A stretch of DNA of 62,657 nucleotides, counting the filler, from Choristocarpus tenellus KU-1152 (lineage: Eukaryota; Protista; Phaeophyceae): NCBI GenBank assembly GCA_964200185.2. It is 10 parts of 10 records of this genome, joined end to end, with 100 filler letters (N's around TTAATTAATTAA, not from the genome) between each part and the next. Parts side by side here need not be neighbours in the genome. Positions count along the whole stretch, not along the records: positions 36,442 to 40,564 come from CAXNAD020016105.1; positions 40,665 to 47,897 come from CAXNAD020006495.1; positions 47,998 to 50,930 come from CAXNAD020023551.1; positions 51,031 to 58,896 come from CAXNAD020005471.1; 6 more parts are not named here. One strand, written 5' to 3'. The stretch's first letter is position 1. The number at the start of each line of letters is the position of its first letter. A model generated the notes under the pieces. The model was not told where the DNA came from. It did not search any database and saw nothing but the letters and a program-made list of their open reading frames with translations. A program made the position numbers and the translations under genes. This document shows positions 40,001 through 53,511 of this stretch, piece after piece.

Positions 40001-40095
40001 ACAATGCCTTAACAGGGGATACAAAATAGAAACGATCACAAGAATTTTACAGGAAGGTTCTACGCAAGAATCGGAACATTTCATTCAAAAGTAAG

Positions 40096-40290
40096 GGCTC
40101 AAAGTATCTGGGGGGGCGGAGGGGGGGGGGAGAGGGGTCTACACCAGGGTATCCATTCGGACCCTGACCATGAGAAGTTAACATACATCATCCATCCAAC
40201 GCATGCAACCCAATTCACACAAAAATCTCGACATGAAAAAATGGACCCTGAATGGAGAGCAGCCACACACATACCCAAATACTTTGAGCC
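40096..40290 (+). mobile_element. MITE, subfamily C (G-run subterminal), full length, 4-bp TSD taag
   Basis: TIR GGCTCAAAGTAT ... ATACTTTGAGCC, flanked by taag on both sides. Related pieces at 7491-7549, about 42900-43046 and 58997-59105. Confidence 0.85.
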
Positions 40291-41487
40291 TAAGGAACAG
40301 TACTGGAACGTTTATCTCATGATTGAATGCCCAGCTGGTATTGCTAACAGTAGATAGATCACCAACATTCTGATTGGTCAACTTTAGGTCCTCCCATCTT
40401 ACTCAACAAATCACCCCCCCCCCCAAAAAAAAAGAAGATAAAAAAGCGCCCTAGTCCTACATCTCTTTACTCCTGTGATAATCGTCTTCCTCAACACAAG
40501 CTCGCCCCTTCCAACTGGGTTACGTTCATAGTATCCTAGAGGAGAGGGGGGGGGTAAGGTCCCCNNNNNNNNNNNNNNNNNNNNNNNNNNNNNNNNNNNN
40601 NNNNNNNNTTAATTAATTAANNNNNNNNNNNNNNNNNNNNNNNNNNNNNNNNNNNNNNNNNNNNCCTGGTGACTCTAGTTTGAAGCGCATGACACGTCGA
40701 GACAATGCCACTTGCGTAGTCACCGAAACAATTTGGCGCAGCCTGGATTTAACTACTCCTTTCCGGCCGCTATTTATATATTATTATATTATTATGCCCT
40801 CTGACATTTTGCAGATGTGTCAGGGGGGAGAAACCAATGAAAACTATACATATATATGTCGATATTTTGTCGAATTATTTTCAGTTATTTTTAGACACAT
40901 ATTATTGGTGGATTCGTTTTTGAGTGTGGTCAGTCCATGACCTGTAAGGAAGAGGATAAGACCTCATAGGAATAGAAATATTCTCGTGACAATCATGTAT
41001 ATTGTGTTTTGTCCTCGACCTGTTCCGAAAATATTGACAAAAAAAAAGAGGATTTTTTTTTTACTTTTAGAGAAGCACCAACCAATGGATCTCAAAGAAG
41101 TGTAATGGTACAAAATGGAGCCTCTTGCAAGTTATTACACTTTTTTTACACTGTTCGCCGTTTTCCCGTTTTGCCATGCGCGATATTGTGGAGAAAAATA
41201 ATCGAGGGGTATCAAATTAGTAGAGTATCAGTGACCATTCATAATAATGAATATTGTGTTATGGTGGGATTTTTTCTGTAAAACATGATCCAGGATTTCG
41301 ACGATAGATATATATATATACTTTGTGATATCTTGCCCAACTGATATTTTTGGAGGTCTGTGACTACAACGGGATGGGTAGGAAAGAGAAAGACCAAAAC
41401 TACGGGAACTTGTCCTTTATTAACAAGAATAATTATTATTATCATCTGTATCATACCCATTAGAAGTATTTACTTCATCCATGGATA

Positions 41488-41798
41488 TGTGAAACATGGA
41501 TGGAAACAAGCCAACAGGTTCTTCGTAATGAAGGGGAGCGGGAAGGCCCACAAGATGCAAGGAAAAGGAGAGAGACAAGTCAAGAGGGAGAGCAATCCCT
41601 CAGAAGATCACTCAGGAAAGGAGTGAACAAGTGGTAAGTGAGTGAGGGGGATTTGTCAGGTCTCCTCAAACCACCCGCTCTTACTTCAAGGAGATGCTAC
41701 CTTCAACATGGAAGAACAAATAAATGTTATATGAATATCAGATTCTTCAAGATAGGTGGCCTTCAGGGTATACCTTCTTTGGAAGATGCCCTCTCACA
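41488..41798 (-). repeat. 3' LTR, or a solo LTR of the same family (about 311 bp, TG...CA)
   Basis: Homologous to 46181-46491 but diverged. No clear PPT and no shared TSD (ggata versus actat). Confidence 0.75.
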
Positions 41799-44700
41799 GC
41801 AACAGTCATCTGGAAAAATGAACTCAGGTCTTCTCCGTTCATACATGGGTGCATATGTACAAAAAAAAATCAACTCGGGATAAGTTGATATTGGACAAAA
41901 CAAACATCCATGTAAAAATATATATTGAACAATGCAACCGCAAATCATGGAATGAAACACAATTATAATTCGCAACACCAATATATTAAAATATACAACC
42001 TCCAGAATAAAGTTCAATCAAGTATGGAAACTTTTTCATGGGTCAGAGTTGACATTAATCGAAGGTTTTGTGTTGGAATTAGGTGTATCCAGACAATGTT
42101 ATTGCCTATATACAGCAATCATTTCTCCACATTGTGGCAAATCATGTGGACGATAGAATGCACCAGAAGCAAGGTCATAACCTTTAAGGCGTAATCCATA
42201 TCCTATGTTCATAGGTGAACGAGGTCTACGGGCAAACTTGTGTCCCACAATAGCTTCAATAATAGTATAAGGACCAAAGATTACTGGGGATTCTAAATAA
42301 TCAAGATCCGGTAAGGGCAAAGTACGCCCAAGAAAATATTCATTGAGTTACATCAAATCAGGCTCAGGTGGTTGTGTGTTCGGAATGTAAGGTTTCAAAT
42401 GGTCTAAGTAAACAGAAATATCTTTGATGTCACCTTGTTTGCAGTAACTACAGGGGAAATCTTGGCAGTCACTGTGAATAGTCCACGCCAGGCAGGGGTG
42501 AATCAATTTTGGGTTAGCTCCGTCACGGTAAGTATGTGGACGATGCACCAAAACTTGAGCTCCAACTTGAAACACAGGGAAAACAAGAGTTTCATTGCTA
42601 GGAATTTTTTTGGTGTTCCGTTCTCCCAGATTGCGACGGGCTAATTCAAAAGCTAAATGTAAATTCTCAGCCGTTTATTGAGTAAACTCTTCACTAGATT
42701 TGGATACTGTTGACTTGGATGGGCAAAAAAAAAATGGCATCCACCAGCAATGTTGGATGGCTTCAAAAAACAGAAAATAATTGTACTGTGGTGTTGTACG
42801 TCATATTTTGAACAAGTTGAACGAATGCAACAACAGTATCCCAATCGTCCTCTGTCATGTTACTGCACGTGAATAACACCTAATACAGAGTGGAATTGAC
42901 ACGCTTTAAAACAAAGTTACCCTGTGATGGACGGGTGTTTTCATGTCGCGATTTCTGGGTGATCTGGTTGAGTACGTCGGATGGAAAATGTAAATGCACT
43001 TCTCCTGATTTCGACCCAAAATAGGACATCCTGGTGTAGACCTCCCCCCCCCAGTTACTTTCTGTCTGAAGTCAAAGTAAAGAATTTCAGGTGCACCTTA
43101 TATTGAAATGTTCTTTCAAACAAGTTTTGGCAATGATCGCTTCTTGTTTGTCTGGAGTGGGAATGGGAAAAAACAAAGCGTTTCAATTCGCAGATAACCG
43201 TAAAAGCATATCAGTATCCCTGGAAAGTGGTCTTATATTGCACAAAATTGAGAGTAACCCGTCCAAACAAATCGAGCTGTGGGAATTGTGCTTGAGACAA
43301 GGTAGGACGTCTGTGAGAAGTTTTCATTGTTGGCACAGTTGAGACACCTATCATACCAATCTCTGATATCTTTCTGAAACATAGACCATCAGTATCAGTA
43401 CAGTACCTTGTGCAGTGTGTGGGATAAGACCTAAGAGACTTCCCCAAAGCAGGTGATCATGACAGATATGCAAGACCAAGGATTTGACATTCTTTTGGAG
43501 CCACTAATTGTCCACGAAAAGCACAGTGTTCGCGTATATGTGGTCTGGGAAATATGATCAGTCAAGGAAGTTTCAGCATCAACATAAAAAATATGATACT
43601 CTCTATAGGACCTCCTGTGGAGGTGAAAGTGATGAGTTGGGGGCCTCAAAATACGGTAAATAAAGGGAAAATTGATTAATTTGTGCTGAACGAGGTTTGG
43701 TGTGGTCCAAAGTTGAAAAGGTATTCACGGAAGTACTGAAACGTTCACGGTCACTCTGAATTACATCGAATTCGTGAAGGCGACCTGGATATATATCGTA
43801 TGCTGGACGTGGGGTTACAATACTTGACAATGTTTTTTCTGGAAAATTCCTGAAAATCGGAGCAAGTTCTTTCGGCATACGATTGATCTCATTATCCAAG
43901 AGGCGAGAAAGGGCATCAGGTACAACATTGTCTTTGCCTGGTTTGTGATGAAACCTGTAAAGTCAAAACATTGGAGAGCAAGAGCCCAGCGTGTCAACAT
44001 AATTTCTGTATCTTGTATGCAATAAATATATCGGAGTGCCGCATGGTCAGGGAATAAACCAAACGTCGACCCCAAAGATATGGACGGGAGTGGTTAGTAG
44101 CATGGACTACTGTTAAATATTCTTTATACATGGTTGAGTAATTTCATTGTTCTCCATCAAATTTCTTGCTGAAATAAGCCACAATATGAAGTGATGTGTT
44201 CGTCGGATCATCTGACGCTTTTTTTGAGCAAGGAAACCACCACTGCCAAAGTTTGAAGCATCCATGTGTACCACAGAAGATTTTGAAAAATTAGGATAGT
44301 GTAGGAGAGGAGCCGAGGTCAATGCTGTTTTAACTTTTTCCAATGCGGTATTGTGAACTGATGCCCATGCTTTTCCTAGCTCACCAGAAGGATGTGCTAA
44401 GAATTCTTCACGTGTGAGTTTTAGTAGGGGTTCCGTCAAGTCTGTATACTGTGGGATGAACTTTCGACAATAATTGCACATACAAAGAATCTAGAACGGA
44501 TATGTTTGATTGTTTGAGGAGTAGTCGGTCAACAAAAGGTTGAATTCGAGCCTTTCAAAGACGCATCCCTGCACTAGAAACAATATGAATCAGGTATTCA
44601 ACTTCTGCTGAGCCCAAACTTCAGTTTAGAAGGTTTTAAAGTAAGGCCAGCATTTTGAAGGGCCATAAAGAGCTTTTCAAGCAAAGCTATATGATGATCC

Positions 44701-46180
44701 CAAGTGGTAGAACAAAGAATGAGATCATCCACGTAACAAAGCAGACCTGACAACATGCTGAAATCAGATAGAGCTCGAGCCATCATACGTTGAAAAATAA
44801 AGGTGGTAATTGCTCAGACCAAAGGGAAGCTATTTCCATACAAACTTGCCTTTATGGGTGACAAAAGCAGTCTTGTCAATGTCTGCTTCCGCCACAGGAA
44901 TTTGATGATGTGCTGATTGAACATCTGCAACAGAAAGAAATTTTGCTGCACCAATAGAGTCAGGATCTTCTTCAGCTAAGGGCATGGGCCAAGAACATTT
45001 GATGAGGTATTTATTTATGGTCCTTCGATAATAATGCGGAATCTTGGGGTCCCATTTGTTTTGGCCACAATAGTAACAGGGGATCCCCATGGGGATAGAA
45101 CGAGCTTCATTTAGTCCTTGATTTTGTAAATCTTTCACATTTATAAATAATTCCTCTAACATGTGGATTGGTTCGATATGGTGCCCAACTAATAGTTCTG
45201 GTATCTGGTTCGAGAGGAAAGTCAGCTTCAGCAATTGTGCAAGTTCCCAATTCAGAGGTGTCGAGGGAAAATACTGAGCGGAATTTGGCACATAGATACA
45301 GTGTTTCGCGTTTTTGAGGTGAAGAGAAAGTTGTGTTGACGAAAGCAGGTTTCAACATATTATCAAGACGCGTTCGTTCGGACCCAGTTAGAGATGTTGA
45401 AGATACAGTACTATTGTGAGAGTGTCTAGTGTTGACTATATCTGCTGGGTAGAATTGACCAAGTATTCTTCGGTACATGAACTATTTGTGCAGACATATG
45501 AGCAATTTATATTACTTCTGAACCATCACTAGCACCCTACGTTGTAACTGTTCGAGCAATAGCAATAAATTGCCAAGGGTCAATGGCATTTAGTGAATCA
45601 ATACTGTTTTAGAACCACCTTGCACCTCGCTTCTTTCATTACTTCCACCACCTTTTCGGTTCTCCTGCTTCCCAGTATCCACCCTTCCCCGTATTTGCAG
45701 ATCCTTCCCATCACCGAAACAAAGCAGTCGAAATTATTTGGCATGTCATGATCTCCTTTTCTCGTCTGTTGACCCAATTCTCCTTTGGGGATGTAATCCT
45801 TCATATTAAATGCTGACAGATTCCCCAGTTGCTCTGCCACTGCTTCGGTAACATTGACTTTCTCGTCAACGATCCGTTGTAGCTCCTGTCGGTTGGTTAA
45901 GGTGATTTGTCATTCCAAGGTGTATTTTGACACTCTGCACTAAATTTGACACTCTTTTGTCAAGGGTTAAATGTCAAAATAATAGTAAATATTAACATAA
46001 AATAATAACACAGATGCATGTCTCCTCGCATCATATGTCCCTGATGATTTCGAACCAAGAAAGCCCCGAGATTATATTTAAGAGTAGTGTGGTGCTCATA
46101 GTACGGGCAACATATGCAGAGTTTCCCAAAAGTACCGTAAAAGTACTTTCCCGCTTGAGAACGATTGCCATCGTTGCCAT

Positions 46181-46491
46181 TGTGAAACAGGTGGAAACAT
46201 GCCAACAGGTTCTTTGTACTGAAGGGGAGCGGGAAGACCCACAGGAGGCAAGGAAAAGGAGAGAGACAAATCAAGAGGGAAAGCAATTCCTCAGGTGATT
46301 ACTCAGGGAAAGAGTGAACAAGTGGCAAAGTGAGTAAGGGGGATTTGCAAGGTCCCCTCAAACCACCCGCTATTTTATGCAAGCGGATGTTACCTTCAAC
46401 ATGCAAGAACAAATGTCATATGAATATCAGATTCTTCAAGATAGGTTATCTTCAGGGGATAGTATACCCTCTTCGGAAGATGGCTCTCACA
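46181..46491 (-). repeat. 5' LTR (about 311 bp, TG...CA)
   Basis: Clearly homologous to 41488-41798. Followed on the minus strand by PBS-like aTGGCAACGATGG. Confidence 0.85.
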
Positions 46492-47598
46492 ACTATCTAC
46501 TACTACTACTACCACTGGAGCATTATGAATATCCTGGCGTATAACCAAAAACTTCAAAATCTACATATGCATAATTTTCACTGATGGATTAGTGCAACAC
46601 ATAGTGAACACGGTCCAGACATGCAGGAAAACGTTACACTGGTTGGCCAGCGGGGCGGACACAGACCGGCGATATTACCCTGTAGACATGGTCTGGGCAT
46701 TTAGATAATGTTAGGCCTGAGTTCAGCCAGCCGATATGAACCAGTTCAACACCTAGTGGACATGAACCAGGACGTGTTAAATAAATGCAGGACAGGCCTG
46801 GTCTGCGGATAAGACCATTTTAATTTGCTGGCCTAGTGCAAAACTCCGAAATTTTCTGTGGGGATAATATATATATTTTTCTTCAAACCAGAGTGAGCAC
46901 TGTATACTCTAGTGTGTGCATGCCCACAGACATTTTGGAGATCTTCTCACGAAGGGAACAAAAAGGAATATATAAGGTAAAGAATGCAACCAACACAAAA
47001 ACCCAATTGACAGTACTTATTGTAAAGGCCCTCTGATATATGCACCAACCACTTGTATGTAGTGTATTTGAAAATAAGAAAGAAACGATCTTCAAATTAA
47101 ACACATAATTGAACTAGTTCTTAAATTGGCACTATGAGCGTAGTCTAAAAGTAAGGGAAACTGAGACCTGTGAGTTGGCCAAGCCCTGTCTTACCCACCG
47201 CCATGGACTTTCTGGGTTGGTATGCATAGCATACGTTGAAATCACCACTTACACTGTGACGAACACAATCTGTAGCAGGCATGCCTTCACTGCTCCCTTC
47301 CTGATAACACCCCCTGCTCCTCTACCACGCATTACATGAATCTCCGACTCATTCAGATATTGCTCTGCTTGTTTACCAATATATTGGGCGCTTTCTACAA
47401 AACAAAGACGTTGAGAATCATTTTCGAGGGTCAAAAGATCCCTCAAAACGGTTGCCCTCCTGGGTCTCAACTACAGCAGCAGCGATACTGTTGTTGATAA
47501 ACGATTCTTGTGGGTAGCAATTCCCTTAAACCTCTGCAAAGGCCACACCCAGCAGTAGATCAATTTCTCGCTAAGGAGCAGTGGCTGTATTGGACACT

Positions 47599-47897
47599 GA
47601 GCCAAAGTATCTTAGAGGGTAGAGCCGTGTCCATTTGGGAGTCGCAATCCTTGTTGCGATTTTGATGTAATTTTTGCTATCGACATGTATGTTAGGAAGT
47701 GTCAAATACCTATGTTCTGGACACACCTTTTTCATAAACATACACACTATACCTACTCCTAGAACGAAAGTATCTTAGAGGGTAGAGCCGTGTCCATTTG
47801 GGGGCCAAAATGCAGTGTTGCGATTTTGATGTAATTTTGGCTATCGTGTTTATTTGGAAGTATCAATATCGTTGTTCCGGACACACCGTTCATAACA
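47599..47897 (-). mobile_element. Two subfamily A MITE ends, the second (from 47762) nested in or tandem with the first; contig ends inside
   Basis: AAAGTATCTTAGAGGGTAGAGCCGTGTCCATTTGGG occurs at about 47604 and 47767. Confidence 0.85.
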
Positions 47898-50223
47898 NNN
47901 NNNNNNNNNNNNNNNNNNNNNNNNNNNNNNNNNNNNNNNNNTTAATTAATTAANNNNNNNNNNNNNNNNNNNNNNNNNNNNNNNNNNNNNNNNNNNNTCA
48001 ATATGAGTCTCTTTCCTTCTCATATTTTCTTCTTTCTCATCATAATCACCCCACCAAACATACTCCTCTACCCTCCTCCCCCCCCCCCCCCCCCCCCCCC
48101 TCCCCCTGTCCTACTAAAACATGCAATTGGCACAGATATGCTGTAGGGGACTATGTCTTTTCCTCACAGCAAGAAGCCTGGCTCACCCTGGGAGGCGGAT
48201 CAGATCACTGCACCTGACTGGGGATAGTTTTGGTGATTGGTTCGAGATGAGGATGATGCTAGACGAAATCAAGTAACTAGGAATTGTTTACTTGTATTTA
48301 GGGGATGCAATTCCATCAAACACTATTACCTCGATACATCCCCAAGGACTCACACAGAATACTGCCTTTTAGTTCATAAAATATTAGCAATACAGTATGT
48401 ACTGCAGTGGGCACAGAGCGTTGCAGATGGTGCATGCTTACATTTCAGTGTCCAACTAGAAAATATGAATATTGTTCTCATCAGCAAGCCAAAGATAAGA
48501 ACTTGGCCTCGCATTCATGTAGCACATCATCCGATGTCTTTCACAGCCCTGAATAGTTAACATAGTTCCACAGACTCGCCACAGAAAACAGTAACCAGTG
48601 AAATAAGTTGTGCCAGGAGTCCTTCAGACGAGTCAAAACCCTTGGTGTTGTTTCTACTTGACTGTTTTACATCTGTGTGACTGATGTACAGAGAAAATTT
48701 GAAGTTTGACTGGGTGGTAAGAAAACCGTTTCATTTTCTCCTTTTTTGGACTGTATGAACATCAACATTACATGACCACTGCTGCTGAGTGGGGATTTTG
48801 AGTGGATTAATCTTCTGTTTAATGCCAGATCTTGTTAGTTAAATTCTACTGTTTTGTCTTTTTCTTCTCACTGTGACTTTACCAATACCGTCCAGAAAAT
48901 TGGGCACTGTTGAGAAAAAGCGTGCGTGCATACTGGGACACAAAAAAAAAGTAAGGTAACCTCTGACAACAACCTAGAATGTATGTAGGTAAGTCACTTT
49001 CAAAGAGTACATTGTCGCCGGAGTGTGTGATATTGTTCCTACTCCAGAGTACATGATTTTACTGAGCTGCTCCATTATTAACATCTTCGATAGGGATTAC
49101 TTTACCTTGTCATGGCACTAAATCAAAATAGCTTCACCCTGTTCTACTGACTTATGCAGCACCGAAGGTTGAGGTTAAATTCTGATTGCTACAAGACCAA
49201 CCAGTTGATCTGCGTTTAAGCAATGTCCTAGCTAAGAATTTGCTCCAACAGACAATAGTAAGGCTCTAATGTCATATTATTGATGCAGTTATTGGCAATC
49301 CATCATCCTTGGGATTATAGGGGTACATGTAAGACTAGACAAATTATTCCTCTCCATCCTTGCTATTCCCATCATAAATAGGAGTACCTACCACAACTAT
49401 ATAGGGTAGCAGGAATTATCGTTGTGCTTAAACATATCAGCTACCAATGCATATACCAGCAGAACTTACCAATTCAGTTATCTCCCCTAAAAAATATGTT
49501 CCCTGAAGTGGCAGGGTACTCCCTTTTGCATGACTCAGCCCACAGGGTTCAGGGTATCCCTCAATACTCTGAGCACAAAGCATATAACTACAAAACTACC
49601 ACAAAAATGTCTGCACTTCACTGCTCATCATTCCACAATTCTGTGTGAACCCAAAGCCCAAAATGGGTAAAATCAAGGGTGATAATGTTGCTATGATACC
49701 TATCAAATGCTACTGGGTGCATGACAACATTCAAGGCATGAATGAAGGGGGTGACAGGAGGTTGTGACAAGTGGAGCATTCCAAGTTCAGTTCATCTACC
49801 TGTATCTATACATACAAAAATGAAATTCATGCTACCATCCTACATAGTTCAAGCATCAACATCGCCTCCCTTAGATCATACACTTATTCCAGACGCCTTC
49901 CACTCCCCTCCATTGGAACTCCCACTGTAAACACAGTTGCACTACAATTTACAACACCTCAGTGCAAAAGCAAGGTCATACAAATAGCCATTCCATTCTC
50001 TCTGACTGTGCTTATGCTATCAGTACCAATAATAATCTCCCTTATTGGGGTGCACTCACCGTTCCCAACAGACGTGAGACAGGACTGCCAACTCTCAAAT
50101 CAAGAACATACGATAGTGTACTTCAAACACGAACAGCTGCTTCATGCTATGTGTTCATAGGCTCAGACTATCCCAAGCTTAGGACAGTCTGCATGAGATT
50201 TGGCGTAGAGTCCTTGGGTGATG

Positions 50224-50305
50224 TTAGTTCAATGTGGAGCGGTAGTGGTTCTCATCAATTGTCGAATACAGGTGGCCCTCTGAAGAAAGGAACTGTATCG
50301 CTTGT
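50224..50305 (-). CDS. RPA2: Replication protein A 32-kDa subunit, last exon
   Basis: tctcag|, phase 2 consistent. QAIQFLSSEGHLYSTIDENHYRSTLN* matches the RPA32 C-terminal signature 'FLS.EGHIYSTVDDDHFKST'. Confidence 0.92.
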
Positions 50306-50756
50306 CTGAGAAATGGGTGGGGTAACACAGGGGGGGCAGGGGCAGGGCATCAGGTGCAAAGTCACTCCAATCAATGATGAACATTGCTTTGTTCCGTGAA
50401 TGGACCATATTAAAAAACAAAAAAAGAGGAGTTGGTCCTCCTTTGACCTCTCTGTCGCCCCTCATTAAGTACAGCCCTACAGCACAATAAAAAGAAAAAT
50501 ATATATATAATATACTAACATAATATAATGTAATTTCAACTATTTTCACATTGATTCAATCCGCTTGGACAAACAACTTGTGATCAGAGATAACAAAAGG
50601 CACTACAAAAGTGAAAAAAATAAAACATTATATAGTGGTGATTTCCAACCAAAAAAAAACAAAACACCGGGACTGCTACTATGCTATAGCATTGTACGGC
50701 AAAAGCCTTCATTGCTCAAGAGACCAGGGGAAGCTTCATCTTGCCCCAGGACTTAC

Positions 50757-50857
50757 TGGACGTCATTAGGCGACACGCCCTGCTCTTTCATCTTCCGACA
50801 GACATAATCAATGCTCAATCCCTGGTCAGTTCTCACATCAGCAAAGGCGTCCACGAC
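50757..50857 (-). CDS. RPA2: Replication protein A 32-kDa subunit, penultimate exon
   Basis: ctccag|...CA|gtaagt; VVDAFADVRTDQGLSIDYVCRKMKEQGVSPNDV is the start of the RPA32 C-terminal winged helix. This frame is not in the ORF track. Confidence 0.85.
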
Positions 50858-51920
50858 CTGGAGCAAAGGTGGGGGGGAGGGCGAGTAGAAAGGTTGGGGG
50901 GGGAGGGAGGGGTACTAACATCCGGTCAAGNNNNNNNNNNNNNNNNNNNNNNNNNNNNNNNNNNNNNNNNNNNNTTAATTAATTAANNNNNNNNNNNNNN
51001 NNNNNNNNNNNNNNNNNNNNNNNNNNNNNNAAAAAAAAACGTTTTTTGACCGAACCGGACGCCCCCCCCCAACCCCCCCCCCCCCCCCCCCAAGATACTT
51101 TGACCCGCAGCAATTAGGTTTTCCATCTTTCTTTTTAGTGGATCATCAACCTGACAACAGCTGCTTTTTCTCAAAGAGATTGACCATATTGATTGTTAGT
51201 CCTGTGATTGGGTAGAGATGAGACACGACGCCTTTGGAGGTCCAAATATCCAAGATCTTAGCACCGTTATCAACTAAATACAACACCCTAAGGTGGCTCT
51301 TAATAAAGAAGAAGCAGCCACCTCTAGAGTCACGTTTTTCTGTAGATAAGACCCTTGCTGTGGCCCCTCTGGTGTCATTGTTAGGCCTGAACAACGCAAC
51401 TGAGTTGTGTTGTCAAGGTTCAGAACATATACTTCAAAATTTGGGGCTTACAGAACATGAATGAAACACAGTACTATATGCACCGAAGGAATGACCTACA
51501 TGTCATATTCAGGCAATATTTTAATTGCTCCTGAAGCTATCAATCCCTGCCCTCTCGACCCTCTCATAATTATTCTTAATTCACAAAATCATTATATTCA
51601 AGTAGTGGCAGTGGTGTTCATCTTTCACTAACCTAATGGGTGTTAGTATTTGGCTTTTGAAGAAAGCTATGAAGAAATAGTGGCGATCGATGAGGAGACC
51701 CTTAATCATGCCCCTGGTCTTCTTGAAATAGTGCATGTGGACCTACTGGACTCAAATGGGGTCTCAGTTCAACCACCATGATGCTATCTGATCCCCTTAT
51801 CCTTATCCTACTCCTATTTCACCGAAAAAATGCAAGAGTATTGCACTCAGCAATTGGTTGGAAAACCGATTTCTGCTTGCATCTCTCTGGTTCCCAGATA
51901 TGAGCAACTCTACAAATTGG

Positions 51921-52179
51921 GAGCCAAAATATCTTAGAGGGTATATCCGTGTCCATTTGGGGGCCACAATCCAATGTTACAATTTTGATGTAATTATGGC
52001 TATGATGTTTGTTAGGAAGTGTCAATATCCTTGTTCTGGACACACCTTTTCATAACGAATACAGTTTATCTACTCGGAAACATTTTGGAGTAGGTCAAAT
52101 GTCATCAAAAACCCGTGAGAAGTCAAGCCCCAAATGGACAAACAGGGCAAAACTCGTACTCTCTAAGATACTTTCACTC
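51921..52179 (-). mobile_element. MITE, subfamily A, full length, 3-bp TSD tgg
   Basis: GAGCCAAAATATCTTAGAGGGTA ... TACTCTCTAAGATACTTTCACTC, flanked by tgg on both sides; opposite orientation to 33022-33280. Confidence 0.9.
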
Positions 52180-53247
52180 TGGCTGTCTCAGTATCAACAC
52201 TGTGTCAACCTCAACATTTGCAAAGGAGATGCTGCAAACGATACACACAATGAGCTTCTTTCTTCTACTTTGTACTACTATCACGTCAATTAGTAGTTGA
52301 TAGATGAGTGCGGTTGATGTGATGTTATGTATGGTGATGGTGAACCTGTTGTCATGAAAATGTTTGATGATGTGGTCATGTGCATGCAATAACACCTGAA
52401 CTGCATGGAGGTAGGAAGCATCGCTTTATCAAGTTCTTAAGTTAGCATGCAATTACTAGCAGAGTTGTTAAGGTAGGGTGCACTCAAAAATGTACACATT
52501 GAAAAGCTAAGGATGTACGAAGGCCTGGTCATAAGGACCCACACAAGAAGCAGTGCATTGTTTCATACCGACAGGCTTGCTGGAGCGTGGAGACTGCATC
52601 GTTATCTACAGTTGCTTCATTATTGAGTCCTGCTGGTAGCACTGGTTTGGCCCCTCCTTCCATTCCTTTGAGGTAGTTAGGATGAAGCCCAAGGACACCT
52701 GCCGACAATATCAAGGTCATAGGCAGAGCAGAATGTCTGAAAATATGTATATATATATATGTGTGTGTGTATGTGTGTGTGTTGGGTCTAGATAAACCCT
52801 GTGAAGTGGGACGTGATGGCTTGACTTTGAGGCACTATTCTAAAAAATGTTTTGTAGATTGAGGAAAGGCAGGAGAGAGACACAGACAAAACTTAACTAT
52901 GAGACAAACTAATACGAGGCAATGTTTCTAGTGGACATCGTGGACTTCAACAGGTGCTGCATGTATGGATGACTATCAACCCAGCACATTCAGAAGCTTC
53001 AGCACTCAAACTAGACTTCTTCATCAATGTTTACACAGGATAAACAATGGATCCAAATCATCATGATTTTTTTTTTTGCAGAGGTTAACAAGAGGGGCTC
53101 ATCATTATTTTTTTGAGGTACTAGCTAGGAGCTTTATGAAGCACTTAGCCTCAATGAGTGAAAAGAAAGTGCACAGTTGACAGAAATGAGATCTCCCCAG
53201 GTATCACAATAAGCACATGACATAATTCAGCAATCATATGCATGCCA

Positions 53248-53511
53248 GGACCAAAGCATTTAAGAGGGTAGAATTTTTGCCCTGCTTGTCCGTTCAGGGC
53301 TTGGCTTCCCAGGGGTTTTCTATGCCCTTTTTCGGTTTTTTGTGTGAGCACAGTTACCTACGGAGTATAATGTATACAACTATGAAAGGCGTGTCTGGAG
53401 CAAGGACATTGACGTTGCTAACAAACACGATAGCCAACACTCTTCGAAATTGCAACATTGGATTCGTGATCCTGAACAGACCCAGCCATACCCTCATAAA
53501 TGCTTTGGCTC
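53248..53511 (+). mobile_element. MITE, subfamily B, full length, degenerate TSD cca/ccg
   Basis: GGACCAAAGCATTTAAGAGGGTA ... TACCCTCATAAATGCTTTGGCTC; similar to 31465-31709. Confidence 0.88.

Larger units (their letters stand above)
41488..46491 (-). mobile_element. Ty3/gypsy LTR retrotransposon with chromodomain (chromovirus-like), decayed
   Basis: RT FLSVADVQSAHHQIPV..DIDKTAFVTHKG and LLCYVDDLIL (about 44600-44950). RNase H VVHMDASNFGSGGFLAQ, DHAALRY and LTRWALALQ (about 43950-44300). Integrase region about 43050-43450, GPY/F-like segment about 42450-42570, chromodomain about 42110-42280. Gypsy domain order, bounded by two related TG...CA repeats; many stops and frameshifts. Confidence 0.92.

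Noticed and set aside
47249-47470. Open exon-like segment LRPRRATVLRDLL... on the minus strand
   Set aside because: Plausible splice sites but no recognisable family and no partner exon on this contig.
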